Shown: positions 19,352-28,769 of the stretch, in pieces
How the letters are laid out: each line of letters begins with the position of its first letter
Numbering within the stretch: position 1 is the stretch's first letter
From: Escherichia phage BAU.Micro_ELP-22
Strand: one strand, 5' to 3'
Sequence record: OR699282.2
Length of the DNA: 64,000 nt
The notes under the pieces: model-generated
Told to the model about the DNA's origin: nothing
Databases searched by the model: none
What the model saw: only the letters and a program-made list of their open reading frames with translations
Program-made: the position numbers and the translations under genes

Positions 19352-19916
19352 TTTTATTAAAAGTGTAGTACACCCTATGCTTAGTATTATGAAAAAAATA
19401 CAGAATCTACCGGAAGATAACGATTACAAGTTTAATCGTTTTGATTCAGATGTGTTTTGTATTGAAATTGAAATTAATAACAATCGTAATTTACATTTAA
19501 AATTCAAAGAATCTTCGAGTCCGTACTACAACTTTGATATGAATTTTAAAATAGATACTGACATTGAAGAAAACGTAATATCAAATCATACTAGCAAAAA
19601 TGGTTTTATGCATAGAACTACTATGTACAATAATAAAAATAGTATTATATCTAAATGGAATCAACAATTCACTAAAATTTGTGAAATTGAATATAATGAT
19701 TTTGGTGAAGAACATTACTTTCAGTTAAGTACAATTCATGAACTTCCACCATATGATTATGTTAAAACATGGTTTGATATTCATAATATAATTGATGATG
19801 CAATCAAACTTCCATTTGGTGTGTCAATATCATATACTGCTCCTAAAACATTTGTTTTTACTGAAGATATGATTATGAAAAAGATATGGGCAATCATCCC
19901 ACTTATGATGGATTAA
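19335..19916 (+). CDS. hypothetical protein, FQ-motif paralog family
   Basis: 193-aa ORF; motif GEEHYFQLSTIHELPPYDY. Confidence 0.6.
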   Translation: MKITNDFIKSVVHPMLSIMKKIQNLPEDNDYKFNRFDSDVFCIEIEINNNRNLHLKFKESSSPYYNFDMNFKIDTDIEENVISNHTSKNGFMHRTTMYNNKNSIISKWNQQFTKICEIEYNDFGEEHYFQLSTIHELPPYDYVKTWFDIHNIIDDAIKLPFGVSISYTAPKTFVFTEDMIMKKIWAIIPLMMD

Positions 19917-19923
19917 ATTTGTA

Positions 19924-19949
19924 CCAGGGGTTGACTCTGGTTTTTTTGT
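19924..19949 (+). terminator. putative rho-independent terminator
   Basis: ACCAG-gggttgact-CTGGT hairpin followed by TTTTTTT. Confidence 0.5.
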
Positions 19950-19977
19950 ATGATACATTGTTCTCAAGGAGAATTTT

Positions 19978-20529
19978 ATGAACTACAATCATGATCTTTT
20001 TACATTATGTGCATCCAAATGTGTTGAAGGATGGGCAGATAAAATCAATACCATAATTCATCGATATCTCGTCTTTAGTTCCCGTGCACGAAGTGAGGGG
20101 GCTATGGATTTCAAATATACACTATCTATTGATGGTGTAACTATCCATGCAGACGAAGAACGTCTGAACATTAATTTGTATGATTCCTGTGTATTTGCTA
20201 TTCACCAAAAGATGGGGAAAGGATGGGGTTGTAATAACATTAACTCCAAAGCTATCTTTTGGGTTGGTCACCATCAGACAGTACTTGATCCTTCAATCAA
20301 ATCTAATCTTTTATCCGATAATATGGTTTATGATTTATTGTACTCCGAAGAACAACATTTTCAGTTAAGTACATTACATGATCTGGCACAGTACGAGGAT
20401 TGTTACAAAACATTAGAACTATGCCATTCCCTTGAACTTAAAGATAAATTGATACAAGTTTACCCTTCATTCTTTCATGAAGAAGTACAAAGTACACTAG
20501 ATCATATTTTATATGGATACGATAAATGA
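19978..20529 (+). CDS. hypothetical protein, FQ-motif paralog family
   Basis: 183-aa ORF with AGGAG RBS; motif SEEQHFQLSTLHDLAQYED. Confidence 0.65.
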   Translation: MNYNHDLFTLCASKCVEGWADKINTIIHRYLVFSSRARSEGAMDFKYTLSIDGVTIHADEERLNINLYDSCVFAIHQKMGKGWGCNNINSKAIFWVGHHQTVLDPSIKSNLLSDNMVYDLLYSEEQHFQLSTLHDLAQYEDCYKTLELCHSLELKDKLIQVYPSFFHEEVQSTLDHILYGYDK

Positions 20530-21128
20530 GAAAAAGTTATCAAGAAGCTATTGACTTAATTCGTGAAGTTATCAAGGTGGCTCCTGCTGCTATTGAGTTC
20601 AAGAAGTCCATATACAAGAAGTATGGTTCAATGTCGAGTATGTGCTTTCAAAAGAAACGTAGAGCATTCACTACCCAGTACTGGAATGATTCTATCATCC
20701 TGAGCAATGAGACTCAGCGTATTTTAACACTAGAATCTGAACCTAATGAGTACGGGGAAGGGAACATTTGTGTACCTGATTATGATGAAATTAACTTCAA
20801 CTGCGGTGATTTTGAAACAACATTATTACTTCATGAGGGTTATCCAGAAGGTGATGTATTAGCTGAGTACAATCCAAAAACTAAAATTCTCAAAAGAGGA
20901 ATCCAGTTCACTATTAATAACAAAGATGATGTTCAAGCAGCACTGATGCAACTGAGTACAAGTGAACCTATCACTATTAGTGTAGAAGAGTTATGGGGAA
21001 TTATTTCAGTACTCAATGAGTGCTACAAAGTAAAATCATTGCGTAAACACAGCATTATATTACATACCAATATGGCAAATATAAAATGTAAGCACATTCA
21101 AGAAATGGTGGTTCCAGATGGACTTTAA
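20526..21128 (+). CDS. hypothetical protein, degenerate FQ-motif
   Basis: 200-aa ORF; motif DDVQAALMQLSTSEP. Confidence 0.55.
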   Translation: MRKSYQEAIDLIREVIKVAPAAIEFKKSIYKKYGSMSSMCFQKKRRAFTTQYWNDSIILSNETQRILTLESEPNEYGEGNICVPDYDEINFNCGDFETTLLLHEGYPEGDVLAEYNPKTKILKRGIQFTINNKDDVQAALMQLSTSEPITISVEELWGIISVLNECYKVKSLRKHSIILHTNMANIKCKHIQEMVVPDGL

Positions 21129-21702
21129 AGAAATTGAAAGTAAATTAAAGTACTTCAAAGATATCAAACTTCTTTGGAAAAAGTATAAAGTTGATTACAA
21201 TTTCAGTGATGATGAGACAATAAAATACATTGAGATTAATATCAAAATCAAGTTCAAGAATAATAATTATGGTGAAGTAACCTTAAATCATACTGGTATA
21301 TCACTCAAGGACTATGATGGTACAACACTCGCATATTTTGACTTCACACCAGAACCAGGTGAAACACTACTTAGTGAGATAAATTCCTATGACATGGAAG
21401 TGTTCGGCGGGAATCCGTTACTGTTCCGACTTTCTGAAGAGTGGAGTGAAGAGTACTACACTTACAAAGATGGTGTAGTACTTGACATTCATGGAGAAGT
21501 TGTGAATGACTTGGAAGAACGTTTGTTCCAAGAATTGTGTGTTTCAAATACTTCATATGCATACAATCATATCCTTGACATGTTTGATTTATATAGTAAA
21601 ATAGATGCTGAAATGAAGGCACATGGTATTCATTACCTTACAATTAACGACTATGCTCAACTCGAAACCGCTGTGAAAGCATTGACTAAAGTACTGAAAT
21701 AG
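21118..21702 (+). CDS. hypothetical protein, degenerate FQ-motif
   Basis: 194-aa ORF; motif LEERLFQELCVSNTSY. Confidence 0.55.
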   Translation: MDFKEIESKLKYFKDIKLLWKKYKVDYNFSDDETIKYIEINIKIKFKNNNYGEVTLNHTGISLKDYDGTTLAYFDFTPEPGETLLSEINSYDMEVFGGNPLLFRLSEEWSEEYYTYKDGVVLDIHGEVVNDLEERLFQELCVSNTSYAYNHILDMFDLYSKIDAEMKAHGIHYLTINDYAQLETAVKALTKVLK

Positions 21703-21711
21703 GAATGAAAT

Positions 21712-22125
21712 ATGAAACTGTATCATGCGAGTACTGTAAAAATTGATAACTTTTATATCCCGTATGGTGGTCTTCATATGGGAGGTAAACACAGTGCTTT
21801 GGAAGCTGCATTACGCAAGCTGAGAAGCCCACTGAACGTAGTAGACGCATGTACAGTATACTTGCATACCTTAGAAGTTGATGTTGATAACGTGCTTCTG
21901 TGTGAAGATTTAGGCAGTGATGATGAGTGGCGTTCACTTATTGAGAATTGCACTGCTCAAGGTTATGATGCTGTTCAGTACAAAAATGATTACGAGCCAG
22001 ACAATGTTCCTAGCTTTATGATTTGGGATGCATCTAAAGTTCGCATCATTGAAGTTGATGCTATGCATATGGATGAAGCTGAAATGATTATCGAAGATTT
22101 TCTTGATGAATATGAAGGTGTATAA
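21712..22125 (+). CDS. hypothetical protein (no FQ motif, interrupts array)
   Basis: 137-aa ORF, acidic C-terminus, AGGAAT-type RBS. Confidence 0.55.
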   Translation: MKLYHASTVKIDNFYIPYGGLHMGGKHSALEAALRKLRSPLNVVDACTVYLHTLEVDVDNVLLCEDLGSDDEWRSLIENCTAQGYDAVQYKNDYEPDNVPSFMIWDASKVRIIEVDAMHMDEAEMIIEDFLDEYEGV

Positions 22126-22661
22126 TGACTGACCCGATGGTAGCACTGGCACGTACTAAGTTACTATTAAAGATTGGTGAGATTTTTACGGTTCTTCTGT
22201 CCAATAATATTGATATTACTGAGCTAGATATTAAGCAACCGTGGGAAGTGACTATGTTCTCGGCGTTCCACCGATTGTCATATAAAGGTGAAAGTGTTCT
22301 TGATTTTAACCCTAAAGCAAAATTCATAGATTATGCTGCGTTGTACAGAGAGTTGCACCGAAATATTTATTCCGGTTGTATAACCAATAACTTCAAAGAA
22401 ATTAAAGTTCAAACTGCATCACATGAGTTCAATGATTTACTTTATCCAGAATTTAATCTAACGGAAGAATTACTCTTTCAGTACTCGTTAATTCTCACAA
22501 ATCTCGAAACGCTAGAGTACTACAAAGAGTTAGTAGATATTTTTATGAATACACGTCTTTCAAAAGATATTGTGATATTCTGGTATACAGAGCATGTTAC
22601 GGAGGAATTGCTTACTGAATTTCTTCTAAATATGACAGCTATAAAGGAGAAGTTATGTTAG
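22125..22661 (+). CDS. hypothetical protein, FQ-motif paralog family
   Basis: 178-aa ORF; motif TEELLFQYSLILTNLETLEYY. Confidence 0.6.
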   Translation: MTDPMVALARTKLLLKIGEIFTVLLSNNIDITELDIKQPWEVTMFSAFHRLSYKGESVLDFNPKAKFIDYAALYRELHRNIYSGCITNNFKEIKVQTASHEFNDLLYPEFNLTEELLFQYSLILTNLETLEYYKELVDIFMNTRLSKDIVIFWYTEHVTEELLTEFLLNMTAIKEKLC

Positions 22662-23128
22662 ATATTTTAGGAAACATCGACACTGCAAATTATTTTATTC
22701 AAGATGCATTGTTTAATACAGTACAACAAGGTTTAGAAGTTCACCACAATGTTTATCAGGGTGATGGATATTTTGTTGATATTATCGAGACACGTAAAAA
22801 TACATTTAATGTTAACATTACGACGCTTGGAAGACAGAACATTGCACGAATTTTAGTAAGTAAAGATGAAATAGTACTGAGATACAGTGCTAAGTTTATG
22901 TTGACTTATAAGAAAAAAACTGATATGTTCAGTACTAATTTATTTGATGAGCCATTTGACCTTGAAGATATTGAAGCTACTTTCTTTACTCAAAGTACTA
23001 TGGTAAAATACACTGATGTTCAATTTTCTGCTGATGTAATGTCGGAAACATTACAAATGATCAAGGTATTATTTTATGCATTTGAGCAATTTAGAGAAGA
23101 AAGAAACAAGGTTAACAACCACAGATGA
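22655..23128 (+). CDS. hypothetical protein, degenerate FQ-motif
   Basis: 157-aa ORF; motif DIEATFFTQSTMVKYTD. Confidence 0.5.
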   Translation: MLDILGNIDTANYFIQDALFNTVQQGLEVHHNVYQGDGYFVDIIETRKNTFNVNITTLGRQNIARILVSKDEIVLRYSAKFMLTYKKKTDMFSTNLFDEPFDLEDIEATFFTQSTMVKYTDVQFSADVMSETLQMIKVLFYAFEQFREERNKVNNHR

Positions 23129-23489
23129 ACTAATAGAGGCGATCACTAAGGAGTCAAAATACCACAAAGGGATTCGTCTATATTTTATAGATATTGGTTC
23201 AATGGAAGGCATATACATTTATGGTTCACAATCTTTATCTTATGATGTAATGCCAAAAAAACATGTAAAAATCTTTTTAGGTTCAGATAAAAAAACTTTC
23301 TTGACAATTAATGATAAAAACGTTATTATGAATTCGTTGGGTCATGATAAGGTGGAAATTGATCTAAACACACTGGAGGATATTGATTTTTTTCAATACG
23401 AGTGTTTAGGTGTTGACTTACATGGCATTAGTAGCGATATGATAAAATCATTAATCAAATATTTCGAAGGTGTTCATAAATGTATCTAA
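23076..23489 (+). CDS. hypothetical protein, degenerate FQ-motif
   Basis: 137-aa ORF (start uncertain, overlaps upstream gene); motif LEDIDFFQYECLGVD. Confidence 0.45.
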   Translation: MHLSNLEKKETRLTTTDELIEAITKESKYHKGIRLYFIDIGSMEGIYIYGSQSLSYDVMPKKHVKIFLGSDKKTFLTINDKNVIMNSLGHDKVEIDLNTLEDIDFFQYECLGVDLHGISSDMIKSLIKYFEGVHKCI

Positions 23490-23977
23490 CTAAATCAATG
23501 AAAAATTCATTTGATAAAATCAAGAGTTGTCTTGATGGGGAAAATATTACAAGTGTTACACAAACTGCTGACCAAATTCAAAGCAGTTCAAGTGATTGTA
23601 CTGTTATTTTAGGTTTACATAGTCTACGTTTATCAATAGTAAATAATATTGACAACACTGCTATTGTAATCACACCATGCCATATTCAAAATGAGAATGG
23701 TGTATATCTTCATCACATGGGAACAGTATTTCATATTTTCAATACAAACGAAAACATTGTTAAGGAATACAAATCTCTTAATATTGATTCAGGTGAATTA
23801 TTTCAAATGAGTACTTTGTACTCATGTAATTTTACAGATACTTCATGTATTTTGCCATTTTTCTTGGAAATTATTAAGAAAATGGAAAATTTAAAACGTG
23901 AATACAATAAAGAAATGGTTCCTGAAGCTATATTAAATATTACTAATGCTATAGAGAAGTATAATGCAGTGACTTAA
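23480..23977 (+). CDS. hypothetical protein, FQ-motif paralog family
   Basis: 165-aa ORF; motif DSGELFQMSTLYSCNF. Confidence 0.6.
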   Translation: MYLTKSMKNSFDKIKSCLDGENITSVTQTADQIQSSSSDCTVILGLHSLRLSIVNNIDNTAIVITPCHIQNENGVYLHHMGTVFHIFNTNENIVKEYKSLNIDSGELFQMSTLYSCNFTDTSCILPFFLEIIKKMENLKREYNKEMVPEAILNITNAIEKYNAVT

Positions 23978-24019
23978 TAAAAACGCACATGGAGTGCATT
24001 AGAAGATCAAGGATAGATC

Positions 24020-24493
24020 ATGGAGATTAAAACTGTTGAAAATGGGAAAATTGATGACATTTTAGAGTTGGACGCATTCAAAGTTCATGATATAATGTTT
24101 AATGTGAAGGACATTATTCAATGTCTATTTTTGTGTAGCAAGACAATGCATGATTTTTTTCACAACCCAAATACTAACGTTTTTATACTAACAATCAGTA
24201 CTGAAAACTCGTTTATCATGGGTATGCCTATGAGTACAAATGAACAATATATTGATTGTGTTATTCGTAATAACGATAGTATTACGCCACAATCTGAAGT
24301 ACGTAAAAAGAAAAACACCTACACAATCAAAGATGATAAAATTATGATGTGCTGTAGTAAAGGGTTTATATTAGATAATTTTATCATCAAAGACAGTTAT
24401 CACGACTTTAAAGTGTCTGAAAATCAATCCAATGTAGTTCTTTATGCGAGTGACATAGAAAGTCTAACAGTTAAAGATCCCAGTTTGGAGTAA
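24020..24493 (+). CDS. hypothetical protein
   Basis: 157-aa ORF. Confidence 0.5.
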   Translation: MEIKTVENGKIDDILELDAFKVHDIMFNVKDIIQCLFLCSKTMHDFFHNPNTNVFILTISTENSFIMGMPMSTNEQYIDCVIRNNDSITPQSEVRKKKNTYTIKDDKIMMCCSKGFILDNFIIKDSYHDFKVSENQSNVVLYASDIESLTVKDPSLE

Positions 24494-24495
24494 GT

Positions 24496-24627
24496 ATGGC
24501 TAAGAAAGTAAACAATTTCGTACAGAAACACATGAATGAGTTTAACAAGCCTCAGACACATGTTGATCGTAAGAAAGAAATGAAAAATGGTAAAGTAAAA
24601 CACAAGTCGAGATTTATTCTCGACTAA
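24496..24627 (+). CDS. small basic hypothetical protein
   Basis: 43-aa ORF (MAKKVNNFVQKHMNEF...) not in the >=60-aa track; ends inside terminator hairpin. Confidence 0.3.
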   Translation: MAKKVNNFVQKHMNEFNKPQTHVDRKKEMKNGKVKHKSRFILD

Positions 24628-24634
24628 TTTTTTG
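24605..24634 (+). terminator. rho-independent terminator
   Basis: AGTCGAG-atttatt-CTCGACT hairpin followed by AATTTTTT. Confidence 0.65.
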
Positions 24635-24656
24635 TCTAAATTTATGGAGATTTTAT

Positions 24657-25508
24657 ATGTTAGATAGCACTGACTTTCGCAATTTCAAAAAGTATTCAGT
24701 TCTTGAACATATAAACGAATTTCTAAATTCTACTACACCATTTGGCATCAGTGCGTTCGACTCATACGATGGGTATAGAATCTTCTCATGCAATGACTTT
24801 CAAATTTCCGTCAAAAAAGGTTTTACAAAAGAAGTTGCAATTCGTGATGTAGTACTGTATAGCGATTCTTCCATTTCTTACTGTCATGATGCGAACAATT
24901 TTGAATCTCTTTCAACACCTAATTGTTCATACTACAAATCCCATGACACGATGATGTACAAAGAACAACATATCAATGGTGTTTCGTTCTATAAAACGAA
25001 CAGTGATAAGTCATATACATCGAGAGATGATTTTGGAAAGTACACATGTACTATGCACGCGGATAATGAAAAAACAAGCTACACACATTCATTCGAGTCC
25101 AAATTCAAAGAGAGTGACTTTTCAAATATCACTATTCAAGAACAAGTTACAGAAGAAGGTGTTGTATATCGTAGTACTGCATTCTTTCGCATGAAAGATA
25201 TTGTCACTGGTAGACCAATGATGTACAATATTGACATATATATGAAAGGTGATATATCCGAAGTAGTGATTAGTACTGGTTATCGTGAAAAATATACAGT
25301 TACGATGGAATCACCAGATGCATCACTAGTTCACCTCTTTAACAATTTATACACATTCCAATTCGAACTTAGTTTCGAACCCAATGAATATCAAATATTC
25401 GATGTATTAAAAAGTAATATTATTAATAAGTTAGAATATTACTACAAGTTAGGTGGGAAAATGAGCATAGTTAATACTATGTTACATAACATAAAAGAAA
25501 CATTATAA
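24657..25508 (+). CDS. hypothetical protein
   Basis: 283-aa ORF with GGAGA RBS; no recognisable motif. Confidence 0.6.
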   Translation: MLDSTDFRNFKKYSVLEHINEFLNSTTPFGISAFDSYDGYRIFSCNDFQISVKKGFTKEVAIRDVVLYSDSSISYCHDANNFESLSTPNCSYYKSHDTMMYKEQHINGVSFYKTNSDKSYTSRDDFGKYTCTMHADNEKTSYTHSFESKFKESDFSNITIQEQVTEEGVVYRSTAFFRMKDIVTGRPMMYNIDIYMKGDISEVVISTGYREKYTVTMESPDASLVHLFNNLYTFQFELSFEPNEYQIFDVLKSNIINKLEYYYKLGGKMSIVNTMLHNIKETL

Positions 25509-25523
25509 ATTGGAGGATTTGGG

Positions 25524-25817
25524 ATGGATACTAAATTCAAAGTTATATTTAAAACTAAGCCGTATATTCCGCATACAGCAGAACGTTTTATACCACATGG
25601 TGCAGAGGAAATTATTCACCATGATGGTACAAAGTTATATCTAGTGCCATGTTCATATGAACGTGCAGTAGAAATGTTACTCATGAATTCTAAATTATGT
25701 ACAAACAAGTACATTAGCTACTTATACAATGAACATATTTTAGATTTTAATGATGAAAATATGTTTATTCTAGCAATTGAAGATTTTAATAATTGGTACA
25801 ACATTATTAAAATCTGA
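25524..25817 (+). CDS. hypothetical protein
   Basis: 97-aa ORF with GGAGGA RBS. Confidence 0.55.
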   Translation: MDTKFKVIFKTKPYIPHTAERFIPHGAEEIIHHDGTKLYLVPCSYERAVEMLLMNSKLCTNKYISYLYNEHILDFNDENMFILAIEDFNNWYNIIKI

Positions 25818-25825
25818 TAAAAATA

Positions 25826-25864
25826 TTGTGAACATATTAAATCTTTATGATATAATGTTCACAT
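25826..25864 (+). promoter_or_regulatory. extended -10 promoter embedded in an inverted repeat
   Basis: TGaTATAAT (-10 hexamer 25851-25856) flanked by TGTGAACAT (25827-25835) and ATGTTCACA (25856-25864). Confidence 0.5.
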
Positions 25865-25887
25865 CTTTTTTGATAATGGAGATATAG

Positions 25888-26274
25888 ATGAATACAAGTT
25901 CAATCCTAAAAGCAATTGGTGGTGTTTTACTTATTGAAGTGAAAGGTGAACCAAAACTATGCTGTTTGGAAGATATGAAGAATACAAAACACTTCAGTAC
26001 TGGTCAGATTTTTAATGCCATTCGTGTTCTAAATGATAAATCAATCGCTGATTATGGTAAAGTTTGGCCTGTATATCAAAACGCAGAGGGTGATATCAGT
26101 TCTGACTGGAAAACCATCGAAGCAGTTCGACAAAGTTGCGATAGTGACTGGGACTTTATTGTCGAAGTATGTGATCAACTACAAGAAGATGTTCCAGAAA
26201 TTGTCGAACGAAAAGAAGTCCTAGCACGACTTGAAAAATTCCGTCACGGAACACTACAGTATGACACAATCTAA
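25888..26274 (+). CDS. hypothetical protein
   Basis: 128-aa ORF with GGAGA RBS. Confidence 0.55.
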   Translation: MNTSSILKAIGGVLLIEVKGEPKLCCLEDMKNTKHFSTGQIFNAIRVLNDKSIADYGKVWPVYQNAEGDISSDWKTIEAVRQSCDSDWDFIVEVCDQLQEDVPEIVERKEVLARLEKFRHGTLQYDTI

Positions 26275-26323
26275 TCTGCTTATTAAAAATATCTAATTAA
26301 CATTATATAAAAGGAATTTAAAA

Positions 26324-26629
26324 ATGGAAGACAATGGAATGAAATTTGATATGTTTGAAGGTGTACCAGAGTTCGATTTCAATAAACTTGAAAATGGTGA
26401 AGAATCAGAACTAGTAAGTGTTACACTAAAATCAGATACCAAAAAGAAATATTCCCCATCAGTTCGTTCACGTTCTCAAGAAGAATATGAAACCTTCATT
26501 GAGAGTATTCATTACGAAACGTTCCATCATGCAGATGGTACTCCGTATGAAGTTCGTGTTACAGTACTGAAGCCTGAAGTAAACCCAATGGAAAATCTAC
26601 GTCCTGTTTACTGCTGGGCAAGCCACTAA
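26324..26629 (+). CDS. hypothetical protein
   Basis: 101-aa ORF with AAGGAA RBS. Confidence 0.55.
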   Translation: MEDNGMKFDMFEGVPEFDFNKLENGEESELVSVTLKSDTKKKYSPSVRSRSQEEYETFIESIHYETFHHADGTPYEVRVTVLKPEVNPMENLRPVYCWASH

Positions 26630-26640
26630 TAAACCAAAGG

Positions 26641-26670
26641 ACGGGATATAATATCTCGTCTTTTTTTTTG
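26641..26670 (+). terminator. rho-independent terminator
   Basis: GACGGGAT-ataat-ATCTCGTC hairpin (one G-U pair) followed by T9. Confidence 0.65.
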
Positions 26671-26681
26671 TCTGGAGATAT

Positions 26682-27530
26682 ATGAAACTTTATCTAATCG
26701 TTGACTACAGTAAGGGTTATTATGACTACGCAGAAGAATCTGAAGGGTATTGCTCGTCTACTAATGTCAATGTACGCACCAGTAGTACACATGAGCATGA
26801 ATCTATTACAAACCTAAAAGATTTCATCGCATATCGAGCATTTGAAAAGAATTTCTGTCGTAGTAGATATTCGAAGTTTGAGTACCCGTTAATTGATGTT
26901 CCTGATGAATTGATGTTCCAGTTAATGCTCACTGGAGTACAAGATTATGATTACATCGCGTACAATCACATTACTAAGAAAATTTATATCGGTACGTCAA
27001 CACATGACATTTCTATGTATGCATCATGCCCCGATGATCGAATGAATGATAGAAAATCATACTATAGTGGATCAGTTGGTTCAAATGATTCATTAAATAA
27101 AAATTTATTCTTTGAGTACGAGTTTGATAATCATCGAGGGAAAAAAGACCGAGAAGATTATTGTACTGAAATTGATAGTACCAATGGATATGAAGAAGTG
27201 AAAGAAGCGATAATGCCATATATCCTTGACAAGTACTACAAAGATTTTCAGTACTGTAGTAATTTTCTAATCCGAAATTCTATCATAATCGGTCGTCAAA
27301 GTACTGCATTCTCTAAGTACTACAATGATTCCCCTGTTGCTGAAAATGAAAACTGTAATATTCTCTCAATCCCACGTGAAGATATGGTATTCATGTTCAC
27401 ATCTTTCATTGAAGATGATGAGTTGTATGTAAAAAACAAGCACAGGTTCATGCCAAGTAAGATTGAGGTTATGAGAAGCTTAAGTGCAGATATCTTAACT
27501 AATTTCACTGAAAAAACAGAATACAACTGA
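26682..27530 (+). CDS. hypothetical protein with FQ-like motif
   Basis: 282-aa ORF; motif VPDELMFQLMLTGVQDYDY in N-terminal third. Confidence 0.55.
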   Translation: MKLYLIVDYSKGYYDYAEESEGYCSSTNVNVRTSSTHEHESITNLKDFIAYRAFEKNFCRSRYSKFEYPLIDVPDELMFQLMLTGVQDYDYIAYNHITKKIYIGTSTHDISMYASCPDDRMNDRKSYYSGSVGSNDSLNKNLFFEYEFDNHRGKKDREDYCTEIDSTNGYEEVKEAIMPYILDKYYKDFQYCSNFLIRNSIIIGRQSTAFSKYYNDSPVAENENCNILSIPREDMVFMFTSFIEDDELYVKNKHRFMPSKIEVMRSLSADILTNFTEKTEYN

Positions 27531-27560
27531 GACATACCATAAGTTTATGATATAATGTAA

Positions 27561-27594
27561 GGTGACAGCAGAATATGTTGTCGCCTTTTTTTTT
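27561..27594 (+). terminator. putative rho-independent terminator
   Basis: GGTGAC...GTCGCC hairpin (one G-U pair) followed by T10; preceded by TGATATAAT at 27548-27556. Confidence 0.5.
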
Positions 27595-28132
27595 AATCCT
27601 GAAAGGTTCCATATGGAAATGATTAAAGCCTAATCCACTCGAAAAGTAGAGGGTAGATGAGTAGTCCTTTCAGTACGAACAGCAAATGAAACCCGTTAGA
27701 TGATGGCATAGTTTGAACCACTCACGGCAATGCGGCTGTATAAAGAACTCCAATAGGATAAAGAGAGTTCCTCGATAGACATATAAGGATCGCACCTTAC
27801 CAATTATCTAAGGGAGATTTCATGAGAAATTTGCGGTCGTAATTTATACAAAATAGTTGCGTCCAAAATTCGTGAAATCAAATACAAGTACTGGTCATAT
27901 GGTATTTGTATTATGTGTCGGGATGTTTAAGACCGACGACCGTTGCTACAAGAACCGCGATAGAGAGAAACAGAGCAACCCGCTTTCGTCTCGTAAGAGA
28001 ATTCGTGATATGAACTATGTGAAGGCCACCAGCGTCAAACTTTTTTGTTCTTTCCCCTGCGGGGGGATGAAATATGCTCAAGCAAACCCCGTCAATATTA
28101 ATTAAAAGAAAATAGTACTTGTAGAATTAGAC

Positions 28133-28753
28133 ATGCGTAGCATGGTAATTCTACTGATGTTGATGGAATCAACGTCACGTATATTCATTGATGTTTCCAT
28201 AGGAATAATGATGGCATTTATTAGAAAACAAAAAACTTTTACCTATAAGACTTTGGATTTTGTTGATTGTGAAAACCAATTACAAGATGAAGATAACTTT
28301 ACAGGATTTGTTGTTATTAAAGAAAAAGGATGCATTTCGTATATAAAGGAATTACAGAACGGCATTGAAGTTACTTCAGTCAAATTACTTCCTACACAAA
28401 AACCAACAATATTAAAAGCACAGTATGGTAATTATTTCGAGGAAAGATATAGTAATAATTTAATAAGTGTTAAGGCTCATATTATAAAAGGAGAACTAGA
28501 AGGAGAATATAGAAAATACAACCCACAAGGAAAATGTGTTTGGGTTAAATACTTCAATTCAGGAAATGATGTAACATCTGAAATAATTGAGTTTTTAGGT
28601 TTAACATGTACCCCTGAAACTCTTCATGATTACAAATTTAATACTGAAGAAGAGTTTAATCTGATGATGCGTTATGGTTCACATTTTAAATTTTTATATG
28701 AATATAACATTGACAGTAGTACTTTTGATAAGATAGTACAGAACTGTCTCTAA
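28133..28753 (+). CDS. hypothetical protein
   Basis: 206-aa ORF; true start may be the internal ATG at 28208 or 28211 after AGGAATA. Confidence 0.5.
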   Translation: MRSMVILLMLMESTSRIFIDVSIGIMMAFIRKQKTFTYKTLDFVDCENQLQDEDNFTGFVVIKEKGCISYIKELQNGIEVTSVKLLPTQKPTILKAQYGNYFEERYSNNLISVKAHIIKGELEGEYRKYNPQGKCVWVKYFNSGNDVTSEIIEFLGLTCTPETLHDYKFNTEEEFNLMMRYGSHFKFLYEYNIDSSTFDKIVQNCL

Positions 28754-28769
28754 CAAAAGGAATTATATA

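Noticed and set aside
227-23977. Possibility that the paralog array is a transposon or IS cluster
   Set aside because: No transposase, integrase or recombinase motifs (DDE, Tyr/Ser recombinase) and no terminal inverted repeats flanking units; the repeats are whole genes diverging in sequence, consistent with gene-family expansion.
27857-28105. 82-aa ORF in the GC-enriched intergenic island
   Set aside because: No RBS, atypical composition (Cys/Arg-rich), and overlaps predicted hairpins; treated as non-coding and reported as an ncRNA candidate instead.
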